Source: Planctomycetota bacterium
GTDB taxonomy: Bacteria > Planctomycetota > UBA1135
Reading direction: 5' to 3'
DNA: 64,000 bases
Assembly (NCBI GenBank): GCA_030748415.1
Contig: JASMMA010000006.1
Coordinates: forward strand, 94,978 to 158,977
Part shown: piece by piece, positions 17,798-27,034 of the stretch
How the letters are laid out: each line of letters opens with the position of its first letter
Numbering within the stretch: position 1 is the first letter of the stretch
The notes under the pieces: model-generated
What the model saw: the letters and a program-made list of their open reading frames with translations, nothing else
Told to the model about the DNA's origin: nothing
Database searches by the model: none
Made by a program: the position numbers and the translations under genes

Positions 17798-18781
17798 ATG
17801 CATCTCTTTTCTTTCCTTTTCCTCGTTCTTCTGAGCGCATGCAGCCCGGGCGCTGACACGGATGTTTCCGCTTCTAAGAGCGCGGCATCTCCCCAAGGTC
17901 GAGAGTCCGAAATGGCTCGCCGCGCTGTTGTTCCTGTGTATCGGGACATTGCGGCATCCGTTCGCTCTTTGGATCACATTCTTCTTGCAGCTGAATCAAC
18001 CGGTCGCGTCTTACGGCTTCAGGCTGATGTGGGAGATTTGGTTTCCGAGGGCGACCTTCTCGCCGAACTTGATGACTCATCACTGCTTGCAGCTTGTGAA
18101 ACTGCGAGGGCGGGCCTTGAGTTAAGTAGAGCTGAAGCTGACCGAATTAGTCGCCTTCGCGAAACAAAGGTGGCCTCTGAGAGGGAATGGGATCTTGCTC
18201 AAACTCAACTTCGTCAAGCTAAGGCGCGCCTCCAGCTCGCTGAGATTGCTTTGTCAAAGACAAAGGTTCTTGCGCCTGTTTCAGGAGTTATTGAAGAGCG
18301 CCGCGTCGGGGCTGGGGATTTGGCCGTGCCCGGAACTCCACTATTCAGGCTTTACGATCCAAGTCGAATTTGCCTAGAAGCGCGGCTCCCCGTTTCTGAC
18401 CGTGGCCACGCATCTCTCGGAGCCCAACTTTCCTGGGAGCTGTTTAATGAAACGGGTGTCGGCGCTGTTTCTGAAGTTGCCCCTTCATCGGATTCATCTA
18501 GCAGAACGATTCGTATCCGCATACCCCTACCTGAAGAACTTCGGCTCAATGGGGCGCTTCCAGCCCCAGGAACATTTGGCACGATTAGATATCAGGTTGG
18601 GAGTCGTGAACAAATCCTTGTGCCTAGTCGTGCCATTTTTAAGGTTGGGCAAGTGGAGATGGTCCAAGTGTTTGATGGTGAATCTTGGGTTCGGAAATCG
18701 GTCCGAACTGGCTCTGTGTCGGGCAACCAGGTTGAAATCCTTGCTGGTTTAAGCGGTTCTGAGCGAATTGCTGTTCAATGA
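17798..18781 (+). CDS. RND efflux periplasmic adaptor (membrane fusion protein, HlyD family)
   Basis: The lipobox is LVLLSAC. There is a lipoyl-like hairpin motif (V..GD.V..GD.LA.LD), a coiled-coil segment (LRQAKARLQLAEIALSKTKVLAPVSGVI) and a beta-barrel tail. It overlaps the pump gene by 4 nt. Confidence 0.88.
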   Translation: MHLFSFLFLVLLSACSPGADTDVSASKSAASPQGRESEMARRAVVPVYRDIAASVRSLDHILLAAESTGRVLRLQADVGDLVSEGDLLAELDDSSLLAACETARAGLELSRAEADRISRLRETKVASEREWDLAQTQLRQAKARLQLAEIALSKTKVLAPVSGVIEERRVGAGDLAVPGTPLFRLYDPSRICLEARLPVSDRGHASLGAQLSWELFNETGVGAVSEVAPSSDSSSRTIRIRIPLPEELRLNGALPAPGTFGTIRYQVGSREQILVPSRAIFKVGQVEMVQVFDGESWVRKSVRTGSVSGNQVEILAGLSGSERIAVQ

Positions 18782-21700
18782 AACCTAGCGATACATCGAA
18801 AAGCTCCGAGCCACTAAAGGCAAAGACATTTCTTGAGGAGATTGTTGCGCGGTTTTTGACTGGCAAGAACGCTCTTCTGCTCCTTGTCCTTTCCTTGCTT
18901 CTTGGTATCTCTGCCATCTTGGATACTCCTCGTGAGGAGGAACCTCAAATTGTGGTGCCCATGGCGGACATATTTGTTCAAGCCCCTGGATATTCCGCTT
19001 ACGAAGTTGAAAACCTTGTATCGAGTCCAATGGAGAGGCTCCTTTGGCAACTAGATGGGGTGGAACATGTTTACTCCAGCTCAATGCGGGACTCCTCAGT
19101 TGTAACGGTCCGCTTCTTTGTTGGCGAGAATCGAGAAGATTCAATTATTAAGCTCCGGAATCGTTTACAGCAAAACGAAGATATTATTCCAGCCAATGTT
19201 AAATCCTGGATTGTAAAGCCAATTGAAATTGATGATGTTCCTATTGTTGTTTTTAGTTTATTTGGAGAGGGTTACGATGAATATGATTTGAGGCGAATTG
19301 GAGAAGAGTTTAAAGCTCGCTTGGACCCACTTCCTGACCTTTCTGGAACCCAAATCGTTGGAGGGGCTCCACGGGAGGTATTGGTTTCCATTGACCGGGA
19401 AAACCTACAAGGTCGAGGATTGAGCTTAGATGATGTCCTTCAAACAATTTCGTCTGCGAACCATTCGGTATCTATTGGGGATTTCGACAACCTAAACCAA
19501 AAGTTCCGTGTGTCCACTGGGGATGGGCTTCAGAAACTTAATGACTTGGGAGCACTTACGATTATTGATCGGGATGGTCTCCCCATTTACTTACGGGATG
19601 TTGCCACACTCTCGAATGGGCCGAGTGAAATCCAGGCGTACACCCGATATGGGTCTAGTGGTTCCTCACCGGAGACTTTTCCTTCTGTCAGTTTGGCGGT
19701 TTCAAAGAAAAAGGGATCCGATGCAACCCAAGTTGCTCAAACCATTCTCAAAGAGGCTGAGCGACTCCGTGGGGAAGTCCTTCCGGATGGAGTTCAGATG
19801 GTTGTCACCCGAAATTATGGTGCGACGGCCGACCTCAAAGTAAACGAGCTTCTCAAATCAATCGCCTTCGCTTTAATTTCTGTTGTTGCCCTTCTGCTGT
19901 TTACTTTAGGCTGGAGAGAAGCTCTTGTTGTTGCTCTTGCCGTCCCAATGTCATTTTCGTTGGCGTTGATGGTCAACTGGTTGCTTGGCTACACCATAAA
20001 TCGAGTCACACTATTTGCCCTTATTTTGTCGTTAGGCTTGGTTGTAGATGACCCGATTACCAATGTTGATAACATCCAGCGGCATTTACGAAAAGGGACG
20101 CACCGCCCCCGGCAAGCCATATTGAATGCGGTGGGCGAGGTTTTGCCTCCCGTAATCATGTCAACTTTGGCAATTATCGTTTCTTTTATTCCGATGAAAT
20201 TTATTACCGGAATGATGGGTCCTTACATGGGCCCGATGGCAGCAAATGTTCCGCTTGCTGTTAGTTTTTCAACCCTTGCAGCATTGTCTGTCGTTCCTTG
20301 GCTTGCTTGGGTGTTGTTGAAAAAAATAGGGGATAAGGACCAAGGCATGGCGAAGAAGGCTAAGCCAACTTCCCCATTCTTGAAGGAACTGTACCGGGTT
20401 GTAGTTTCTCCATGGATTGCCACACGCAAGCGAGCCTGGACTCTTCTTGGTGTAGTCTGCCTTCTATTTGCGGGGTCAATGTCCCTCGCAGCATTGGGGA
20501 AAGTTCCCCTGAAACTTCTTCCTTACGACAATAAGGATGAGTTTCAAATAATGCTTGATATGCCCGAAGGGACTACCCTAGAACATACAGATTCTGTCAC
20601 AAGAAAATTCGAGGCTTATCTTTCAAAACAACCTGAGGTTGTCAATTGGCAGGCTTTCGTTGGGGCTGCATCCCCAATGGATTTTAATGGCCTTGTTCGG
20701 CATACATATCTTCGGAACTCATCTGAGTTGGCAGACATTCGCATTACTCTGCTTCCAAAAAGTGTCCGGGAAATGCAAAGCCATGCAATTACTCTTCGGA
20801 TGAGAAACGATTTAGAGAAAATAGCTCAATCAGAAGGGGTGGTCATGCGCATAGTCGAAGTTCCTCCAGGCCCACCGGTTCTGGCCACTGTGACTGCCGA
20901 AGTCTATGGCTCTGAGGGAGGGCGTTATCAAGAAATCATCGATGACGCTCGCGTTTTAACTGAAAGAATGTCGAGCGAACCTGGCCTAGTTGATTTAGAC
21001 ATCCTCGCCTCTGAAGAACATAGTCGAATCCACTACTCTTTGGACAGGGAACAAGCATCCATTCATGGAGTTGAAGAAAAACAAACATCCAGAATCCTTT
21101 CAACTGCTTTGCAGGGAGCGCAGCCAGGAATACTTAGGATTCCTGGAGAGCGTCAAGTTTTGCCGGTCAAAGTTCGCTTGCCTCGTGACCAACGCAGCGA
21201 TATTTCAGCATTGGGGGGGATTGCGGTGCGTTCTTCCGAAGGCTCATTGATTGCCCTTGATGAAATAGGCACATTTGAAGTCGTGTCCGAAGATCCAGTT
21301 ATTTACCATAAAAACCTACGCCCTGTTGTCTTTGTAACTGGTGAGATGGCAGGTCGTCCACCGGCTGAGGCCATTTTTGAGCTTCAGTCTTGGCTCAAAG
21401 AAAACCCACTACCCAACACCTCGACGGTGGAGTGGGCTGGAGAAGGCGAGTGGGAGGTCACAGTTCGCGTATTCCGGGATTTAGGACTTGCCTTTGGAGC
21501 GGCAATGGTTCTTATTTATTTGCTGCTGGTCATTGAGATTGGTTCCATGATTCTTCCATTACTGGTCATGATGGCGATTCCATTGACAGCCATAGGGATA
21601 ATGCCTGGATTTTGGTTGCTGAATGTGTTTTTTGCCGAAGAAGTGGGTGGGTTCCAGAATGGGATTTACTTCACGGCAACTGCCATGATTGGCATGATTG

Positions 21701-22002
21701 CCTTGGGTGGCATTGTGGTTCGAAACTCTTTGGTTCTTATGGGATTTATTGGAGAGGCCCGAGCAAAAGGTGCCAGCCTCCGCGAAGCAATTTTTGAAAG
21801 TGGAGCCGCACGCATACGGCCAATTCTTTTGACCGCAGGAACAACTGCTTTGGGAGCTTGGCCCATTACTCTTGATCCCATTTTTTCAGGATTAGCGTGG
21901 TCTCTTATTTTTGGACTTATTGCATCGACTTTATTTAGTCTGGTTGTTGTTCCCTCTACCTTCTTCTTGCTGGAAGAGAGGAGAGAGAAGGCGAATCAGT
22001 AG
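18778..22002 (+). CDS. RND efflux transporter permease (AcrB/CzcA superfamily)
   Basis: This 1074-aa protein has the two-fold 6-TM plus large-periplasmic-loop layout. Typical blocks are present (NRVTLFALILSLGLVVDDPI, GGIVVRNSLVLM, RIRPILLTAGTTALG). No outer-membrane factor gene follows. Confidence 0.93.
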   Translation: MKPSDTSKSSEPLKAKTFLEEIVARFLTGKNALLLLVLSLLLGISAILDTPREEEPQIVVPMADIFVQAPGYSAYEVENLVSSPMERLLWQLDGVEHVYSSSMRDSSVVTVRFFVGENREDSIIKLRNRLQQNEDIIPANVKSWIVKPIEIDDVPIVVFSLFGEGYDEYDLRRIGEEFKARLDPLPDLSGTQIVGGAPREVLVSIDRENLQGRGLSLDDVLQTISSANHSVSIGDFDNLNQKFRVSTGDGLQKLNDLGALTIIDRDGLPIYLRDVATLSNGPSEIQAYTRYGSSGSSPETFPSVSLAVSKKKGSDATQVAQTILKEAERLRGEVLPDGVQMVVTRNYGATADLKVNELLKSIAFALISVVALLLFTLGWREALVVALAVPMSFSLALMVNWLLGYTINRVTLFALILSLGLVVDDPITNVDNIQRHLRKGTHRPRQAILNAVGEVLPPVIMSTLAIIVSFIPMKFITGMMGPYMGPMAANVPLAVSFSTLAALSVVPWLAWVLLKKIGDKDQGMAKKAKPTSPFLKELYRVVVSPWIATRKRAWTLLGVVCLLFAGSMSLAALGKVPLKLLPYDNKDEFQIMLDMPEGTTLEHTDSVTRKFEAYLSKQPEVVNWQAFVGAASPMDFNGLVRHTYLRNSSELADIRITLLPKSVREMQSHAITLRMRNDLEKIAQSEGVVMRIVEVPPGPPVLATVTAEVYGSEGGRYQEIIDDARVLTERMSSEPGLVDLDILASEEHSRIHYSLDREQASIHGVEEKQTSRILSTALQGAQPGILRIPGERQVLPVKVRLPRDQRSDISALGGIAVRSSEGSLIALDEIGTFEVVSEDPVIYHKNLRPVVFVTGEMAGRPPAEAIFELQSWLKENPLPNTSTVEWAGEGEWEVTVRVFRDLGLAFGAAMVLIYLLLVIEIGSMILPLLVMMAIPLTAIGIMPGFWLLNVFFAEEVGGFQNGIYFTATAMIGMIALGGIVVRNSLVLMGFIGEARAKGASLREAIFESGAARIRPILLTAGTTALGAWPITLDPIFSGLAWSLIFGLIASTLFSLVVVPSTFFLLEERREKANQ

Positions 22003-22010
22003 GTGGTTCT

Positions 22011-23267
22011 CTAGGCGAGGCAAATATCTCGCCAAGCCCCAACTTCCCAAGACTGCCACTGACTTCCTACCATCCGAATAGGAAAGCCATGAGCCTGCTT
22101 GATTCGCTCTTGAGGAATACCTGGAACACAGTCATCAGGCTCCGTTTCTTCCCGAAGCTGGCGAAGTTGGTTTAAGTTGGCGCCCGCAAGGCCATGAACG
22201 AGTGCAGCGAGCGCCTCTGCGGGAAGTACTGATAATCGTTCTAAAGGAATGCTACGCAACCAATCTAGAACCTCTTGAGTCGGGGCATCGCAAAGGGCAA
22301 GTGCACTCGCTAACTTTGGAGGATTGGACAGCCATTGGGAGCAAACACCTTCAAGGGCTTCATCGGTTGGGGCTAACTCAGGCCGCGGAATGGCTCCACT
22401 TGCACGGGATAGACGCGCCTCTACCTGGGGAAGGCTTGGAAAGAGTTCTTTCAAGAATGCCTGCTCCGCCGGGAAAAGGGAGTGGGCTTGAAGAACATGG
22501 CCAGAATGATTGAAGGGCGATGAAACCCACTTCCCACCAGCCCGCCCAACCGCTGCTTGAACAAATTTCATCTCTTCGGGAGGAAGGGCGTAATCGTTTT
22601 CAGGGGCAAAGGCTAATAGGGGAACTTTGGCATTGCCAATCACTTGTTGTAAATCAACCCGTACGGGTTTTCGTCGCCCCAGTAGGCTTGCGAAAAATGC
22701 AATCGTGGAGCCGTGATATTTTTTGAACCAGTTTTTGGCAACAGTCTCGGCGCGAACAGGTGCAATTAGAACCACTCCCTTTGGAAGAACTTGTTCCTCC
22801 AACAGGCATGCGGCAGCAAGAGTCCCCAAGGAAAGTGCGCGAAGGATAATTCGGTTTGGATTACCGCCAACCTTTGCAATCGCGGACATCCAAAAGGAAC
22901 GAGCGTCGGCGCGCATATGGCGAGGAGAGCGGTGGCCACTTGATGCTCCAACGCCGCGGTAGTCCACCATGAGAGAAGAAAAACCCATGTCACGGAGTTG
23001 CCAGAGGCAGGGATAGCCCAGTAGTGGTTTTGAACCAAAAGTGACAGAGCCAAGGGATTCCAAAAGATGGATCACAATGGGGGAGCCAGGGTCGGATGGA
23101 ACAAAGACTCCTCGCAAGTGGCGCTTTCCGCCTACCTTTAGGTCAACCTTCTCCGTTCCCGGCGGGAAATGGCCTTTTTCAAGGTCCAGTTGAGGGAAGC
23201 CAGCTTCCAGTAGTGCCGGAGGAACTGCCGACCCTATGGATGCTAGGAGATGGTCGAGAGAAACCAA
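22011..23267 (-). CDS. alpha/beta-hydrolase-fold protein with ~140-aa C-terminal extension
   Basis: There is a nucleophile-elbow-like LSLGT. DYRGVGAS is a block typical of the alpha/beta-hydrolase fold. A late HSGH is a histidine candidate. The specific function is unknown. Confidence 0.65.
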   Translation of the reverse strand: MVSLDHLLASIGSAVPPALLEAGFPQLDLEKGHFPPGTEKVDLKVGGKRHLRGVFVPSDPGSPIVIHLLESLGSVTFGSKPLLGYPCLWQLRDMGFSSLMVDYRGVGASSGHRSPRHMRADARSFWMSAIAKVGGNPNRIILRALSLGTLAAACLLEEQVLPKGVVLIAPVRAETVAKNWFKKYHGSTIAFFASLLGRRKPVRVDLQQVIGNAKVPLLAFAPENDYALPPEEMKFVQAAVGRAGGKWVSSPFNHSGHVLQAHSLFPAEQAFLKELFPSLPQVEARLSRASGAIPRPELAPTDEALEGVCSQWLSNPPKLASALALCDAPTQEVLDWLRSIPLERLSVLPAEALAALVHGLAGANLNQLRQLREETEPDDCVPGIPQERIKQAHGFPIRMVGSQWQSWEVGAWRDICLA

Positions 23268-23273
23268 CCAGTC

Positions 23274-25625
23274 CTAACTTGTAGGTTGGGCGTGCAAGGA
23301 CTCAGGCCCGCGCGCCTTGGCGAGCCGTTGGTCGCGCTCATCGGCAAACTTGCGAATGCCGGTCAACAGGCTTGCGGGATCCAGATGTGCATCACCGATG
23401 ACTTCGTCGTAAGAGCCGCCGGAACGCCACTTGTCGTCCCAGTCAGCACCCATGCCATAGTCGAAGGCAGTTCGATGAGCTGTCCACTGACGCATGGATT
23501 GGCGAGAGCCATTTGTGATGAAGGTGGAATCAATCCAGTCTGCTTCAGAAGCAACCGAATCGCGGTACTCAGGAGTTTGCAAATCGAAGAGTTCCATCGA
23601 AATAGCCGCAACAATTTTCACATTGGGGCCATCGCCATCAAAGGCTCCATTTTTTATGAGCATGTGGACAGAGTTTGTCGAGGAGGTTCCGCGTAAGAAA
23701 ATGCAACCCTCATTAGGTCGGTTAGCATCGTAGTCGCGCATGATGTATGCGCCCTTTGCGGCATCCATATAGGAAGCCATCCCCAACCCTTCCCGGTCAG
23801 GAATCTCAATCGAAGGACGGGTGAGGTGGAGGGCGATAATGTTCGTGTCAGTTGCCATCGCCGCCGCCAAGCAGGGACCCACTTCATTGGGTTCCCAAGG
23901 ATGAAGGTCGATGACCTGCCCTTTTGGGAACATTTGAGTAATCGCGGGTGAGTAAATCCCGAAGTGGGTTCGGGAATCTTCCGCGGTTTCTGGGCCGGAG
24001 TGTCCTGCGACCCAAATCACCTTGCCTCCTTTCCAATCGCAGTCTTGAATTTGCTGACTGTACAGGCGCATTGGACCGTACTTGAGATAGGAGAAAGCGC
24101 CATAAGTAGAGCAAGCTCCCCAGTAGCCATTGAATTGGTTTTCGGGGTCGTCACTCAAGTTGGTACTTGCAAGCCCGCACATGATGGCGGCGTTTCCAAA
24201 CTCGGTAATTGCGGTTGGGAGCAGAGCGCCATCTTCGGACTCGCCACGCTTGAACCAACCCCAACCCTTTGAATCTTTCCAGTCTTCAGCGAAACCAGAA
24301 ATGTTTGTTGAACCAGCGAGGTCGGCACTTGCTGCAATCACAAGCGGGCGGCCATACTTTTTGCGAGCCACAGCGTTCATGTAAGCGCCAAACATAGCGA
24401 AACCTTTGCGGTTGGGTTGCTTCTCCCCTGGTGCGAAGAAAAGTTCGGCAGGAAGTTTGCTTGGGTCAGTGAGTTCTAGGTCGGTTGAAGGGTCGGCATT
24501 GCCATTGACCCGGGCATTTGGCATTTCCGAGGGAACAGAATCACCAATGGCAATCAAAGTGTCGGCAAGCCATGTGCAGAAAGATTCGTCATCCAGCAAA
24601 GAAAGGGCAACCTTCATGTTGGTTGCGGTTTGCTTGCGGAAAGCCTCATTGGAATCGGGGGCAGTTTCGCCAAAGCCATCAAACTCAACACCATACTTGT
24701 CGGCAAACTCTTTTTTCGTTGCCCAGAAGACATCGTTGTTTGCCTTATGTGCAGCGCCGTGAGATTGGTTTCCAGTTACGCCATATCCCCGACCTTTGAT
24801 GGTCTTGAACCAAGTGCAGCGAGGGCGGTCGCCATCAGCGAAAACACTTGCAAAGAGGGCTTCACAAAGTTGACCAAAGTCATCTCCGTTTTCGGCGCCG
24901 TTCGTGACGAAACCGTAAGAATCAAACCATTCTTGTGGAGTTCCGTGAACGACCTCAGAGAAGGCGCGGTCATCAATTCCGTAATCGTTCCAATCAAGGA
25001 GATAGTTGAAGTTAGAAAGACCCAAGCCGTAAGAAGTGTGCTTCGCCTCGTGGTGGCAACCTGCGGTGTGGCCCCCCTCGCCTTCCAGGGCGAAGACGCG
25101 CACGTCTTCAGCATTTGCGGCTTTTAGAGCAAGGGCGATACCCGCAGCTGTGGGGGCGCCGTGACCACTGGGACCCGTGTTAGCCTTGAAGAACAAGGTT
25201 TTCCCTTCAACTTCAGCGTGACCCGAAGGGCCGCCAAGGTGGCGAAGGTTCAAAAGGTCTTCCCAGACCAACATGCGATCCAATCCCCCTGGAACTGCGT
25301 ATTTGGAATCACCAGTTTTCTCATGCATGCGGCGGAGAGCTTCGTTGTAAACGGCGAGCATGGAGTAGGCAAGAGGGGTGGTGTGGCCTGCAACAAGAAC
25401 GAAGCGGTCACCCCAGGGAAGACCGGGTCGCCGGATGTCCCAACGCATAGCTCCAGACAAAGTCAATGCGACCATTGCAGGAACTTTGGAGCGAGAACCG
25501 CCCGGGTGACCACTTTGGCGGAGGTTCAACTGAAGGTCAATCAGTTGGTCCATCATGTCGGCAGTCTTCTGCCAGTTGTCAAAGTGGGGGCGAAGGGAAT
25601 CGAGCTGGGGAGCTTTACGGGTCAT
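23274..25625 (-). CDS. transketolase-family thiamine-diphosphate enzyme (atypically long, 783 aa)
   Basis: TK blocks are present: SGHPGGS, DRFVLVAGHTTPLAYSML, GPSGHG, ALEGEGGHTAGCHHEA (the GDG-x-EG equivalent) and LLDWNDYGID. The N-terminus does not resemble phosphoketolase. Confidence 0.75.
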   Translation of the reverse strand: MTRKAPQLDSLRPHFDNWQKTADMMDQLIDLQLNLRQSGHPGGSRSKVPAMVALTLSGAMRWDIRRPGLPWGDRFVLVAGHTTPLAYSMLAVYNEALRRMHEKTGDSKYAVPGGLDRMLVWEDLLNLRHLGGPSGHAEVEGKTLFFKANTGPSGHGAPTAAGIALALKAANAEDVRVFALEGEGGHTAGCHHEAKHTSYGLGLSNFNYLLDWNDYGIDDRAFSEVVHGTPQEWFDSYGFVTNGAENGDDFGQLCEALFASVFADGDRPRCTWFKTIKGRGYGVTGNQSHGAAHKANNDVFWATKKEFADKYGVEFDGFGETAPDSNEAFRKQTATNMKVALSLLDDESFCTWLADTLIAIGDSVPSEMPNARVNGNADPSTDLELTDPSKLPAELFFAPGEKQPNRKGFAMFGAYMNAVARKKYGRPLVIAASADLAGSTNISGFAEDWKDSKGWGWFKRGESEDGALLPTAITEFGNAAIMCGLASTNLSDDPENQFNGYWGACSTYGAFSYLKYGPMRLYSQQIQDCDWKGGKVIWVAGHSGPETAEDSRTHFGIYSPAITQMFPKGQVIDLHPWEPNEVGPCLAAAMATDTNIIALHLTRPSIEIPDREGLGMASYMDAAKGAYIMRDYDANRPNEGCIFLRGTSSTNSVHMLIKNGAFDGDGPNVKIVAAISMELFDLQTPEYRDSVASEADWIDSTFITNGSRQSMRQWTAHRTAFDYGMGADWDDKWRSGGSYDEVIGDAHLDPASLLTGIRKFADERDQRLAKARGPESLHAQPTS

Positions 25626-25677
25626 GATTCAGCCGTTTGGTTTGCGATTGGCGGAAGCCGTGAATGTGGAGAAAGTA

Positions 25678-26991
25678 CTAAGCCTTGACGGGGGGAATTC
25701 CCACCCCATGTCTTGTGTAACCATACTTGCGCATAGTTGCTGCGGAGTAAATGTTGCGACCATCAAAGATAAGCTTCTGCTTGAGAAGATCACCCATCCG
25801 TTCGAAGTCTGGGCGGCGGAACTCGGTCCATTCTGTCGCCAGGATGAGGGCATCAGCGCCATCAATGGCATCGTACGGGTTATCGCAATACTCAACAGTG
25901 TCGCCAAGAATGGCGTGAGCGGTTTCGTGTGCTTCAGGGTCGTAGGCCTTGATGGTGGCACCCCGTTCGGTCAAGCCGCGAACGACCGAAATGGCAGCGG
26001 CTTCACGCATGTCGTCGGTGTTGGGCTTAAAGGCTAGGCCCCATAGACCAAAGGATCTTCCTGAAAGGTCTTCGCCAAACTCAGCAACGATTTTTTCGAC
26101 CATGAGTCGTTTTTGGTTTTCGTTAACTTCCTCAACGGATTCCAAAATGCGGAAGACATATCCATTTTGGCGTGCGGTGGCCATGATGGCTTTGACATCT
26201 TTAGGAAAGCAAGAGCCGCCGTAGCCAATGCCTGGGTAGAGGAATGGGGAGCCGATGCGGGAGTCGGTGCCAATTCCTTTTCGAATCATGTCTGCATCCG
26301 CTCCAACTAAATCGCAGATTCTCGAAATCTCATTCATAAAGGAAATCCGTGTAGCAAGCATGGCGTTTGCAGCGTACTTGGTGAGTTCCGCGGAGACAGG
26401 GTCCATGTGAATGATGGGCTTTCCGGAGCGAACGAATGGACCGTAGAGTTCGTCCATAATTTCGAAGGCGTCCTCAGATTCAGCACCAATGACCACTCGG
26501 TCAGGTTTCATGAAGTCATCGATTGCGGCGCCCTCTTTCAAGAACTCTGGGTTAGAGACCACCTCGATAGGATGTTCTGTTTCGGCCTGAGCAGTTGCCT
26601 TCACCTTTGCGGCAGTGCCAACAGGGACGGTGGATTTATCCACAATGATTTGGGGGCCATTGGCGGCTTGGCCAATTGCTTTGGCGACGGCAAGCACGGC
26701 ACTCAGGTCGGCGGAGCCATCTTCGGCGGGAGGGGTGCCCACAGCAATGAAGGCAACTCTGGAATTTTCAACCGCCGTTTTGAGGTCGGTCGAAAAATTC
26801 AATCGCCCATCTTTGTGGTTGTGAAGCACCATTTCAGAGAGGCCCGGTTCAAAGATAGGAATGACGCCCTTTTTAAGGTTTTCAATCTTTTCGGCATCAA
26901 TGTCAATGCAAGTGACCTGGTTGCCCATTTCGGCAAAACAGGTCCCAGCGACGAGACCAACGTATCCAGTTCCAACGACTGTAATGTGCAT
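25678..26991 (-). CDS. ugd: UDP-glucose 6-dehydrogenase
   Basis: There is an N-terminal Rossmann motif (ITVVGTGYVGLV), the catalytic GGSCFPKD, and the C-terminal WGLAFKPNTDDMREA block. The length is 437 aa. Confidence 0.93.
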   Translation of the reverse strand: MHITVVGTGYVGLVAGTCFAEMGNQVTCIDIDAEKIENLKKGVIPIFEPGLSEMVLHNHKDGRLNFSTDLKTAVENSRVAFIAVGTPPAEDGSADLSAVLAVAKAIGQAANGPQIIVDKSTVPVGTAAKVKATAQAETEHPIEVVSNPEFLKEGAAIDDFMKPDRVVIGAESEDAFEIMDELYGPFVRSGKPIIHMDPVSAELTKYAANAMLATRISFMNEISRICDLVGADADMIRKGIGTDSRIGSPFLYPGIGYGGSCFPKDVKAIMATARQNGYVFRILESVEEVNENQKRLMVEKIVAEFGEDLSGRSFGLWGLAFKPNTDDMREAAAISVVRGLTERGATIKAYDPEAHETAHAILGDTVEYCDNPYDAIDGADALILATEWTEFRRPDFERMGDLLKQKLIFDGRNIYSAATMRKYGYTRHGVGIPPVKA

Positions 26992-27034
26992 TTTCTTTAC
27001 AAGTTATGCCTGAGTAGGCACTTAGGGGGAATGA

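Noticed and set aside
23274-25625. Possibility that the 783-aa TPP enzyme is a phosphoketolase (similar length)
   Set aside because: The motif set and order (SGHPGGS, DRFVL..GH, G-x-G..EG, DWNDYGID) are transketolase-like. The N-terminus does not resemble phosphoketolase.
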